From: Kagunavirus LF7074P3
Reading direction: 5' to 3' (one strand)
Sequence record: OZ035791.1
Length of the DNA stretch: 40,766 bases
Notes under the pieces: model-generated
What the model was told of the DNA's origin: nothing
Databases searched by the model: none
Seen by the model: the letters and a program-made list of their open reading frames with translations, nothing else
Part shown: positions 8,988 through 17,618 of the stretch, piece after piece
How the letters are laid out: each line of letters opens with the position of its first letter
Position numbering within the stretch: the first letter of the stretch is position 1
Position numbers and translations under genes: made by a program

Positions 8988-9400
8988 TGGGCTACTTTGA
9001 GGACTTAACAAAAGCGTTCGATGTTCCGCTGGTAGCCTTCGGAACCACCAACGGCATCAAAGTCGCGCTTGAAAATATCGACGCGCCGACGTCAACAGAT
9101 ACCCCGTATCTGGCAAGTTACATGTTACTTGCGGACACCGAGCAGGCGGATTTGTTCTTCACGGAACAACGCGCGGGCGTCTATCAGGTTGACATTAACT
9201 ACGCATCGGTGAAAGGTAGCGCGCCAATCAATAAAATGGCAGACTTACTTAACACAGCGTTTAAAGCAGGTAAGTCATTTTCACGTAACGACATCTGCGC
9301 CGAGGTTCAATCGGTTAGCCTGGGGCCGCTGATTGTAGAAAACGGATGGGCCAAAAGACCATTGTCAATTAACTTTATTGCATTCACCAAGAGGCTGTGA
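8984..9400 (+). CDS. hypothetical tail completion/terminator protein
   Basis: 138-aa ORF, overlapping starts/stops with neighbours, immediately upstream of major tail gene. Confidence 0.45.
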   Translation: MMGYFEDLTKAFDVPLVAFGTTNGIKVALENIDAPTSTDTPYLASYMLLADTEQADLFFTEQRAGVYQVDINYASVKGSAPINKMADLLNTAFKAGKSFSRNDICAEVQSVSLGPLIVENGWAKRPLSINFIAFTKRL

Positions 9401-10569
9401 ATATGGCTACAACTCCTTTTAAGGGCGCGAATACCGCGCAATTCTATGTGGCGGAAACTACCCCGGGCGTAACACCAAGTAACCCGGTATGGTCACCATT
9501 GCGCAACACAGGTGGCGTTCCAGCGGTAACCCGCGATGCGCTGACTTCCAACGAACTCGACGGCAGCCGTGAAACTACATCCATTCGCACCGGTAACAAG
9601 CAGGTTAGCGGGGAGTATGCCATCGAACTTAGCTCACGTAGCCAGGATGACTTCCTTGCGGGGGCGATGACTTCTACGTGGCAAGCTGGGGTAGAGATTA
9701 CGGGCGCCGAAATTACGGTCGCCCCCGCGGGTAAAACATTCACCCGCGCTGCCGGTAGCTTCATTACTGACGGTGTAGAAGTTGGTGACCTGATCGCGTT
9801 CACCGACTTAACCGGCGACAACGCAAAACCGTTTATCGTGACCGCGGTTTCTGCTCTTGTAGTAACAGGCGCGGGCATTCAGCACACGCTGACAGCAGAG
9901 ACAGTAACCACTGACGCAAAAACTGGCGACAAACTGGAAACCGGTAACGCATGTAAGACGTTCTCCATCCTGACGTGGTTCAAAGGCCAGTGCGGCAACC
10001 CTGACGCATACATGCTGACCAAAGGCGTGGAAATCTCCGGTTTCACCATTGAACAGGCCGTAAACGCGATGGTGACAGGCAGCTTCCCGTTCATCGGTCT
10101 AAGTCAGGAAATTCTTACCACGCCGCCAGCAGGTTCCGACTTCTCTCAGGTCACATTCACCGATGAGCCGTTCTCTTCTGTGGATGTGTCTGTGTTCGAC
10201 GGTTCTACACCGTTGCGTTGCGACACACTTACCATCACCAACGACAACGGCGCTTCCGCACAGTTTGAACTAGGAAACAGTAGCGTTGCGTTCGTGGAAC
10301 GTGGTCGCGCGGCTAACACCTTCTCCATCTCCGGTAAGCTGTACGACATGGCGATGATTCAGAAGTTTATCAACGAGCAACAGGTGGAGATCAACTCTAT
10401 TCTGGCGGGGGTAAACGGGGCTATGTCTTTCAGCCTGAAACGTGCAGAACTCACGGCAGTTACGCCAGAGATTGGTGGACCTGAGTCGATCACTCAGTCT
10501 ATTGAAGGGCAGGCTACTGGCAACCAGTACCAGTCGTCTATTGTTATCCAGCGTATCACCTACGCATAA
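9397..10569 (+). CDS. major tail protein (positional call)
   Basis: 390-aa ORF, last gene before strong terminator. Confidence 0.6.
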   Translation: MNMATTPFKGANTAQFYVAETTPGVTPSNPVWSPLRNTGGVPAVTRDALTSNELDGSRETTSIRTGNKQVSGEYAIELSSRSQDDFLAGAMTSTWQAGVEITGAEITVAPAGKTFTRAAGSFITDGVEVGDLIAFTDLTGDNAKPFIVTAVSALVVTGAGIQHTLTAETVTTDAKTGDKLETGNACKTFSILTWFKGQCGNPDAYMLTKGVEISGFTIEQAVNAMVTGSFPFIGLSQEILTTPPAGSDFSQVTFTDEPFSSVDVSVFDGSTPLRCDTLTITNDNGASAQFELGNSSVAFVERGRAANTFSISGKLYDMAMIQKFINEQQVEINSILAGVNGAMSFSLKRAELTAVTPEIGGPESITQSIEGQATGNQYQSSIVIQRITYA

Positions 10570-10574
10570 AACTA

Positions 10575-10597
10575 AGGCCCCGAAAGGGGCCTTTTTC
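10575..10597. terminator. bidirectional rho-independent terminator
   Basis: AGGCCCC-GAAA-GGGGCCT hairpin + TTTTT; sits between convergent genes (9397..10569 + and 10598..11152 -). Confidence 0.8.
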
Positions 10598-11152
10598 TTA
10601 CAAACCTAATTTTAAAGCAATGTCTATAACGTTCGATTTAACGTCACCTGGTAGGATGTAGGTGTCGTAATCTTTTACACCGCTAACATCATACAGATAA
10701 CCGCGGCTGTCCCCCTCAAACGTATAGCCTTCTCGGTGCAGGCGAACGATTCTTACATCATGACCCGCGGCGACGATAGGGGCCACTTCGCTGGCGAACC
10801 CGCCGTCGGACACTACAAAAACTTCGTTGCCGTCGGGCAAGTTTTCAGCAAGATACTTACCGAAATAATCACTACCAAGTACCGGTTTAATGAATTGCTC
10901 AGATATAGCAATCATGAACTGACGCCGCGACAAGCCATTAAGGAAGCCTTCTGGCTTTTCTTTCCGCGCTCGGTCGTCGTAGCCGTCGAGAAACTCGTGG
11001 TAAGCACCCGGGCCTAACGCTGCCAGAGCAATATTGAACATTGGATTCTTGAAACTGGTAGTTCCCTTCGCAAAGCCCATCTCTACCAGCGCCATAGCAA
11101 GTGTGTCTTTCCCGCAACCCGCAGGGCCATTAAGAATAATTACCATAGCCAT
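10598..11152 (-). CDS. P-loop nucleotide kinase (dNMP-kinase-like)
   Basis: 184-aa ORF with Walker A GPAGCGKDT at N-terminus (SGKDT resembles T4 gp1-type dNMP kinases); start overlaps upstream stop (TAATG). Confidence 0.55.
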   Translation of the reverse strand: MAMVIILNGPAGCGKDTLAMALVEMGFAKGTTSFKNPMFNIALAALGPGAYHEFLDGYDDRARKEKPEGFLNGLSRRQFMIAISEQFIKPVLGSDYFGKYLAENLPDGNEVFVVSDGGFASEVAPIVAAGHDVRIVRLHREGYTFEGDSRGYLYDVSGVKDYDTYILPGDVKSNVIDIALKLGL

Positions 11153-11637
11153 TACTTATCACTCCCGTGCGATTTTAAGTGTGTAGAGTTCCCGTTACAG
11201 TCGTATTCAGTAACCGCGTGAGTGGTTATACCGAGGCCACGGAAATGCTTTATTACCGCTGGCGAGTCGTCGAATGCGCACAAGATTCTTTCCAGCCCGA
11301 TAGTACGTAGCACCTCTTCCTTAATTACGATGTCTTTTCTGTTGTCGTGTTTGCTGCGCATGATTAACTGATAAAATTCGACGCGGTGGCGCTGCAACCA
11401 CATTCTGGTTTCTTTTTCCGCGTCATCACTACGGCCTGTTAAGATAATAACGGCATAGCGACGATTAAGGGCGTTACACAGTTCGATGTTATCTTTAATG
11501 GGTGCATCGTCTTTGCACGCCATGTTAAATGGTTTCCACGCCCAGGTTTCGCCGTAGTTATCTTTCGGCAGCAGGTGTAAACGATGAGCACCATCTGCCA
11601 ATGTCCCGTCTAAATCGAAAATCACAATATCTTTCAT
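11152..11637 (-). CDS. HAD-family phosphatase, T4 Pnk 3'-phosphatase-like
   Basis: 161-aa ORF; N-terminal DLDGTL (DxDGT nucleophile motif), later TGRSDD, RKDIVIKEEV and AFDDSP segments paralleling T4 polynucleotide kinase phosphatase domain (recall-based). Confidence 0.65.
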   Translation of the reverse strand: MKDIVIFDLDGTLADGAHRLHLLPKDNYGETWAWKPFNMACKDDAPIKDNIELCNALNRRYAVIILTGRSDDAEKETRMWLQRHRVEFYQLIMRSKHDNRKDIVIKEEVLRTIGLERILCAFDDSPAVIKHFRGLGITTHAVTEYDCNGNSTHLKSHGSDK

Positions 11638-12770
11638 CCAAGCATCTCCGGTGAAATAGTTAAACGTGCGACCTCGCCATATTCGGCGCTATAAGTAATT
11701 ACGTTTGCACTGCGGCCCGACATCCACCCACCGCGGGAGGCATATGCATCTTTAGCCGCGAGAGTGCGGTGTTGCTCAACAATCATGTTACGGCTTTCTA
11801 CAATCTTTTGGTGGTGCAGGTGACCCACGTGGGCGTAGCTGTAAACACTCTCTCCGAACGCTTTGCGGAACTTGGCGATCATAACCGGTTCGATAGCGTC
11901 GAATCGTGCTTTATGCCCATGATGGAAGAACAGCGTCGTTTTGCCGTGTTGCACCATCTTGTAAACATCCGGCGACGTATCGACGAACACACGCGGCTCA
12001 TTGTCGTACAGCGTACTAAACATCTCAGCTAACCAAATCATTCCGCTTTCGTCGTGGTTACCTTGCACGATAAGCAAGCGAACATTTTTATGTTTAACGA
12101 GAGCCATATCAATGACACGGCGGACCATACGAATCATGTAGCGTACAAGTTTCTGATAGCGGGTGTCAGCGTCAAGAACATGGCCACTTGCGGGTGTAAC
12201 GGCATCCAGACTATCGAAGTGCGCGAAGTCACCTAGCAGGTTAATAACTCCTGTTCCCGCATCTGGCGCTTTCTGAAACGCTGCGTCGAACCATCGAGAG
12301 AACAGGTCTTCTGCGATTTTCATATCCCAGTCGTCGCCGCTCTCGTCGGCCCATGCCAGCATACCGAGATGAAAATCAGATACAGTGTAAAGATTGAGTA
12401 GCTTGTCGTCACGTTTGGTGCGCACGGCTTTAACCGGCGCAACGGGGGTAATCTCTGACTTCATGCCCTCAATTACGGCTTTCATAGCCTCTAACTGTTT
12501 CTCTTTATCCGGCTCGGAAATCACCCACGTCATCACCTCTTCGCCATTAGCCTTTACGCAAGCGGATATTCTTTTAGCAGAGAACCCTTCCGCTATGCGT
12601 TTGGATATTACTGGGTCGTTCCCGTGACCTATGCCCTTCTTGGCTAATCGTGCTTTACGGATACGAATTACGCGGTCTGAGATGCCGTATTTACGGGCGA
12701 TGTCTATATTCCTCATCCCGGCGCTCAATTCTTCCTGTAACTGTTCGTCGGTTATTTTCTTCTGGGCCAT
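11634..12770 (-). CDS. metallophosphoesterase with N-terminal HTH domain
   Basis: Calcineurin-like motifs SDFH, GDFAHFD, GNHDE, HHGH, GHLHH; N-terminal HTH-like ...IDIARKYGISDRVIRIRK...; ATG 12770 chosen (RBS GAGGAAG); track ORF extends to 12875. Confidence 0.65.
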   Translation of the reverse strand: MAQKKITDEQLQEELSAGMRNIDIARKYGISDRVIRIRKARLAKKGIGHGNDPVISKRIAEGFSAKRISACVKANGEEVMTWVISEPDKEKQLEAMKAVIEGMKSEITPVAPVKAVRTKRDDKLLNLYTVSDFHLGMLAWADESGDDWDMKIAEDLFSRWFDAAFQKAPDAGTGVINLLGDFAHFDSLDAVTPASGHVLDADTRYQKLVRYMIRMVRRVIDMALVKHKNVRLLIVQGNHDESGMIWLAEMFSTLYDNEPRVFVDTSPDVYKMVQHGKTTLFFHHGHKARFDAIEPVMIAKFRKAFGESVYSYAHVGHLHHQKIVESRNMIVEQHRTLAAKDAYASRGGWMSGRSANVITYSAEYGEVARLTISPEMLG

Positions 12771-12808
12771 GCTTACTTCCTCGTGTTTAGGATTTGTCCT
12801 ATAGTAGC

Positions 12809-13000
12809 CTACTTCTCTTTCACGTTCGAGTTGCAAGCCCAGATTAAAATAAAGACCCACGGCAGCAGAACCCAACCAAGAAACAGATTAGCCATGAATA
12901 TCGCTAACTTCGCTTTATGGTTACGGAAGTACGCAACCAGGAAAGGCGCGAAATAAGCGAGCAGTGCAAACAGAATTAAGGAAACTGGTAAACTGGACAT
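12809..13000 (-). CDS. small 2-TM membrane protein, superinfection-immunity (Imm) family-like
   Basis: 63 aa from ATG 13000 (RBS AAGGGG); ...AYFRNHKAKLAIFMANLFLGWVLLPWVFILIWA... resembles Imm_superinfect-type small membrane proteins (recall-based). Confidence 0.45.
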   Translation of the reverse strand: MSSLPVSLILFALLAYFAPFLVAYFRNHKAKLAIFMANLFLGWVLLPWVFILIWACNSNVKEK

Positions 13001-13030
13001 TTTAAACCCCTTCATTGTTGGTGTAAGTGA

Positions 13031-13059
13031 ATAGTACCCTATTATATTGGGGTGTGCAA
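13031..13059 (-). promoter_or_regulatory. sigma70-like promoter TTGCAC-N17-TACTAT driving the minus-strand island
   Basis: Minus-strand reading cTTGCACaccccaatATAATAGGGTACTATTCAC; 32/34 identical to promoter at 34757-34790. Confidence 0.6.
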
Positions 13060-13167
13060 GTAATGTGATAGAATAAGTTTGCGCCTAGTGTCGCACACGA
13101 AAAGCGGGTGGTTCCCGTCTGGCGCATTTATCGTTAACCTGTAACCTCTTAACCAAAGGATTAAAGA

Positions 13168-13584
13168 ATGAAACTTTCTGATTTTTATTTCGAAGAGAAA
13201 GCACTGGTAGGCAAGAAGATGCCCATTCTGCTGCCAAACGGCGAAGACTCCGGTGAATGGCTTAACGTTGTAAGTCCCGATGCGGATGTCGCCGTTAAAG
13301 CGGGGCGTGCTTTCATTATTGCGTACCGTCGCGGGTTGGCGCGTTTCGAAGAACTGGAAAAAGCCGCCAAAGAATCCGGCGACTATACTGAATATAACCT
13401 GGCTATTAACGAACTGGCGGAAGACCTCAACCGGCAACTCGCGGCAGAAGTCGTAAACGGCTGGAGCTTTGATGAGCCTTTCTCTAAAGAAGCATTTAAC
13501 AAATTGCTGGACCAGTTCAAGGCATTAGGCACACAGGTAGCAGCGTTCCATAACGCTGAGCGCAAAGCATTACAGGAAAAGTAG
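13168..13584 (+). CDS. tail assembly chaperone (G-like)
   Basis: 138-aa acidic ORF immediately upstream of tape measure gene; RBS AGGA; ends at slippery G GAA AAG TAG. Confidence 0.55.
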   Translation: MKLSDFYFEEKALVGKKMPILLPNGEDSGEWLNVVSPDADVAVKAGRAFIIAYRRGLARFEELEKAAKESGDYTEYNLAINELAEDLNRQLAAEVVNGWSFDEPFSKEAFNKLLDQFKALGTQVAAFHNAERKALQEK

Positions 13585-13949
13585 ACGCGCTGTACAGGTT
13601 CGCCACCTATGAGTTTGTGGATAAGCATAAAATCAGAGAGTTTGATTCTATAGCCGACGGACACGAACAGGCGCTTATCGCGATGGGTGTAATCGATAAG
13701 AAAAAACGTGCAGCGCGACGGGGTGGGCCAGAATGCCCGCCCCTTTTTATATCCACCTTCGAGACGTACTGCGACATTAAGTTTACGCGACACGTGCGCG
13801 AGGACGCTGTAGTATTGTTCGCAAGAGAATCCGTTACGTGGCAAGACCTGAAAGCCTATCTCGATGTTACGCAAAAACAGCTTAGCCTGTTCGAGATAGA
13901 CATTATCATGGGCTTAGAAGCAATCTTTGAAGGTAGAAATCATGGCTGA
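13560..13949 (+). CDS. tail assembly chaperone -1 frameshift extension (T-like)
   Basis: -1 frame is open from 13560 to 13949 overlapping the end of 13168..13584; slippery heptamer G GAA AAG at 13575-13581 resembles lambda G-T site G GGA AAG. Confidence 0.4.
   Translation, partial: AQSITGKVDALYRFATYEFVDKHKIREFDSIADGHEQALIAMGVIDKKKRAARRGGPECPPLFISTFETYCDIKFTRHVREDAVVLFARESVTWQDLKAYLDVTQKQLSLFEIDIIMGLEAIFEGRNHG
13575..13581 (+). other. candidate -1 programmed frameshift site
   Basis: G GAA AAG immediately before stop TAG of the chaperone ORF. Confidence 0.4.
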
Positions 13950-16215
13950 TACCGCTAGCTTGATCGTACGAGTATCATCGACCGGCGTCGATAAAACCAC
14001 ATCACAACTGAACGGGCTTACCAAAGCCGCGGGGGCCGCCGCCGCTGCCGTTGTCAGTCTGGAAACTGCCAAACAGGTGTTCAGTGCGCTGGTGGACTCC
14101 CAGCGCAACTTCGATAAGCTGAACTCCGGCCTCATCACAATGACCGGGAGCGCTGAGAACGCGGCTAAGGCTTTCAGCGTCCTGCAACAGTTCGCAAAAG
14201 AAACCCCATATGGTCTTAACCAGGCGGTGGAAGGCTTTACTAAGCTGGTGGCCCTCGGCCTGAACCCAAGCAAAGAGGCGTTAATCTCCTACGGCAACAC
14301 CGCGGCGGCTATGGGTAAAGACCTTAATCAGATGATTGAGGCGGTTGCCGACGCCAGTACCTTTGAGTTTGAGCGACTGAAAGAGTTCGGTATCAAGTCT
14401 TCCCAACAGGCAGATACCGTTTCGTTCACGTTCCGCGGCGTCACCACCACGGTTAAAAAGAACTCCGAAGAGATTCAGAAATACCTGCTAAACATCGGCA
14501 ACACCGATTTCGCCGGGGCGATGGAGACGCGCTCTAAGACGTTAGACGGTCAGTTGTCGAGCCTGGCGGACTCCTTTGATGGCCTTGTACTTGCGGTAGC
14601 GCAATCCGGTTTCGGCGACGCCGTAGGTGAGCAAGCCGCGAAGGCAGAAGACGCTATTTCGGCACTCACCGACGCCATTGCGTCTAATGAGATAGCCGCC
14701 ACGCTCCAGGATTGGGTGACACTGTTCAATGAATCATTCAAGTTTATTTCTGATGCCTTAAACGACCTGGCATACGATACCGAGGACAAATCCGCGGATA
14801 TGTCAGACTCGCTGGGTACTATACCGGATGCTATCCGTGAATGGTTGCCTGACATCCAGCAGACGTTTCACGAGGTTATTGCGTGGTTCCAGCGCATTGA
14901 CGATTACGCCGTAGCGTTAGGTCAGACCCTCGCAGACGTGTTTGATCCGAGCAAAACGGCAGCACTCACATTTAAAAACCTGACCGCAGAAGCTGACGCC
15001 GCATACGCCGCCAGCATAAAACGCGCCGAGGCCGAATCACAGGCCATCACCAACAGGTCTAAGCAGCGTAAGAAAGAAATTGAGGAACAGCGCAAGCAGT
15101 ACAACGAGCGTAAGAAGCAAGAAATAGACTTAGCCAGCCTTGTTAATAAAAAGGGCGGAACTGGTGGGGCAGGAAATGCCAACGACAAAGACGCGAAAGC
15201 CGCCGCTAAGAAAGCGGAGCAATTGCGCAAACAAGCCCAGGATTACCTCGACACTTTGGCCCGTCAGAACAACGACGAGTTAAAGGCTATCGACGCGCAG
15301 GAACAGCAGAAACTGGCTAAGGCAAAAGAGTTCTACAGCCAGGGCGCGTTGTCCCTGAAAGAATATGAACAAGCTAAAACAGCTATCGTCCTCGAAGCCG
15401 GGCAAAAACGACAAGATGAACTGGATAAACGCCAGAAAGAAGCCCAGGAAAAGCAACAGAAAGGTGACGACTTCATGGCTCAGATTATGGGTCAGAACGC
15501 TACTGAGCTTGAGCTTCTCGACATCCAGGAACAGCAGAAACTGGCGGTAGCGGATAAGTACCGCGAGCAGGGTTTTATTAGCGAGAAGCAGTATCAGGCC
15601 GCTCTTAACGCCATCAACGAGCAATACGCAACCAAACGTGCCGATGCAACGGCAACGGCCTTTGGTAACATGGCCTCAAACATCGGGTCTGCGTTGGGTG
15701 AGGCTTCTGGCGCGTACAAGGCATTCGCTATCGTACAGGCAACTATCGCCACGTACACCGCAGCTATTGAGGCGTACAAGTCAACGGCAGCTATCCCTGT
15801 AGTTGGCCCGTTCCTGGCCCCTGTAGCCGCTGCCGCTGCCGTTGGTGCAGGTATGGCGCAGGTTTCCGCTATCCGGTCCGCGCGTGAACAGGGCGGACAG
15901 TTATCCGCAGGGCAGGCTTCCACCATCGCAGAACGCGGTAAACCAGAAGTTATTATGCCGGCTGGCGCATCTCGTGTTCGCACAGCACAGCAGATGAAAG
16001 AAATTATGGGGCAAAACGGGTCTTCTTCCGGCCCGTCTAATGTTACTATCGTAAACAACACGAGTTCTCAAATCGGCAACGTATCCACTGAGCAAGATGA
16101 CGAAGGCCGTTTGCGAATCATCATCGAGGAGCAGGTGGCTGCCTCTTTGCAGAATAGCAACAGCAAGATTAGCAAGGCCCGCAAAGCCACAAGAAATGCG
16201 CCGGGGTTTAAATAA
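13942..16215 (+). CDS. tail tape measure protein
   Basis: Longest tail-region ORF; coiled-coil-rich, Ala/Gln/Lys-rich, internal 20-bp exact direct repeat; ATG 13942 preferred over TTG 13927. Confidence 0.8.
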   Translation: MADTASLIVRVSSTGVDKTTSQLNGLTKAAGAAAAAVVSLETAKQVFSALVDSQRNFDKLNSGLITMTGSAENAAKAFSVLQQFAKETPYGLNQAVEGFTKLVALGLNPSKEALISYGNTAAAMGKDLNQMIEAVADASTFEFERLKEFGIKSSQQADTVSFTFRGVTTTVKKNSEEIQKYLLNIGNTDFAGAMETRSKTLDGQLSSLADSFDGLVLAVAQSGFGDAVGEQAAKAEDAISALTDAIASNEIAATLQDWVTLFNESFKFISDALNDLAYDTEDKSADMSDSLGTIPDAIREWLPDIQQTFHEVIAWFQRIDDYAVALGQTLADVFDPSKTAALTFKNLTAEADAAYAASIKRAEAESQAITNRSKQRKKEIEEQRKQYNERKKQEIDLASLVNKKGGTGGAGNANDKDAKAAAKKAEQLRKQAQDYLDTLARQNNDELKAIDAQEQQKLAKAKEFYSQGALSLKEYEQAKTAIVLEAGQKRQDELDKRQKEAQEKQQKGDDFMAQIMGQNATELELLDIQEQQKLAVADKYREQGFISEKQYQAALNAINEQYATKRADATATAFGNMASNIGSALGEASGAYKAFAIVQATIATYTAAIEAYKSTAAIPVVGPFLAPVAAAAAVGAGMAQVSAIRSAREQGGQLSAGQASTIAERGKPEVIMPAGASRVRTAQQMKEIMGQNGSSSGPSNVTIVNNTSSQIGNVSTEQDDEGRLRIIIEEQVAASLQNSNSKISKARKATRNAPGFK

Positions 16216-17615
16216 TGAGCGACTTATATTTCCCACGTAGCCTTAAGCCAATTGTATCGAAAGGCTACTCAATGACCAGACGTAACAACGTCTGGAGTGT
16301 AGATTTAGCCGGTGGCGGGGTGCGTCAGGGCCGTGACACGTATTACGACGTGTTCCCTGTTAGCGTAACCCTGATTACATCCGCAATGGGGCGACAGGCG
16401 TTTCTGTCGTTCCTCGAAAAAGTAGACGGCGGTGCGTCAAGTTTCTGGATGGCGCACGACTTCGGCATGGGCATCGAAGATTATCAGGTAACCATTACGT
16501 CCACTATCGCCGAGTCCACCGAAGACGGGATTAACTGGACAATCACCTTCACGGCAACCGCCGAGAAATCGCCGTTCCAGGACCTTGAGAACCAGTGCCT
16601 GATTAACAATCTGCCAGATTTGTACGGCTGTTACGGGGATTGTCTGGGTAGTTTCCTGAAAATATACGCGAACTATGAGACGACGTTCCCTCGCATCTGG
16701 AGCGACGAAGGTCCTGCCGGATATCCGCCGATTAACATGCTGGCATCTACGCTTGATAGCCGCATTGTTTATGAGGGGCCGCAGGTTTATTACATCAACC
16801 ACAACGGTAATCTTGTGCAGTCCGTCGTCAATGAATGGCCTCTTACGTTTATTGACGGGGTTGCTGTCGGGCGTGTGCCGCCAGAGGTATCAGTAACTAA
16901 CAGATTCCTATATTCAAGCAATTTCTCTTCGTCAAACTGGAACAAAGGTTTGGTTGGGGTATCAGTATCTGAAACAGGTGTTTTAACAGCCGCGGGCACG
17001 TACGACGTAACTGCTACCGCCACAAGCGGTAACCACCTAATAAACCAGACTGTAGATGTTAGCGTCGGTGTTGGCGACAAGGTGACTTTTAGTTTCTTCG
17101 CAAAAGCAAACGGATACAATTTCATACGGATGTACGTGCGAGAACTTCCTACAGTATTAGGCTCGGCAGTTGTGGATTTGCGGGATGGTAGCATTTATTC
17201 CGGCCCAGGCGGTACAGATGTAACCGACGTAGGTGGAGGGTGGTTCCGAATATCGGAGACGGTCAACGCGACAGAAGATAAAACAATGAGCATACGGATG
17301 GACACATGGATATATTCAGACGGAGTTACCGGGTCATTTACGGGGGATGGCGTTTCAGGGATTAAATTATCCGCGGCTACTGTAGAGGTAAACCAAAATA
17401 CAACATCACCAATAATTACGGCGGCGTCTCCTGTAACACGCCCCGCGGCATCGGCAAAAGTAGTAATGAACGGCGCAACAAGCATCGGCATTACCTACTC
17501 CGACGGCTCTGTGGTAGACGTTCAGGCTGTTGACGGTTACGCCACCATCCCACAGGCGGATTCTGCGTGGGGTAGTAAATACATCACCCGTATTGATTTT
17601 AATGTGGACGGTTAA
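16215..17615 (+). CDS. minor/distal tail protein
   Basis: 466-aa ORF, ATGA-type overlap with tape measure stop. Confidence 0.55.
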   Translation: MSDLYFPRSLKPIVSKGYSMTRRNNVWSVDLAGGGVRQGRDTYYDVFPVSVTLITSAMGRQAFLSFLEKVDGGASSFWMAHDFGMGIEDYQVTITSTIAESTEDGINWTITFTATAEKSPFQDLENQCLINNLPDLYGCYGDCLGSFLKIYANYETTFPRIWSDEGPAGYPPINMLASTLDSRIVYEGPQVYYINHNGNLVQSVVNEWPLTFIDGVAVGRVPPEVSVTNRFLYSSNFSSSNWNKGLVGVSVSETGVLTAAGTYDVTATATSGNHLINQTVDVSVGVGDKVTFSFFAKANGYNFIRMYVRELPTVLGSAVVDLRDGSIYSGPGGTDVTDVGGGWFRISETVNATEDKTMSIRMDTWIYSDGVTGSFTGDGVSGIKLSAATVEVNQNTTSPIITAASPVTRPAASAKVVMNGATSIGITYSDGSVVDVQAVDGYATIPQADSAWGSKYITRIDFNVDG

Positions 17616-17618
17616 TTT

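Noticed and set aside
13042-13437. 131-aa minus-strand ORF overlapping the island promoter and the tail chaperone gene
   Set aside because: Spans the intergenic promoter region and the 5' part of the plus-strand chaperone gene, which has a proper RBS and operon position.
14922-16061. Several minus-strand ORFs (102-155 aa) inside the tape measure gene
   Set aside because: Low-complexity Ala/Gln-rich antisense frames of a repetitive gene; no start context.
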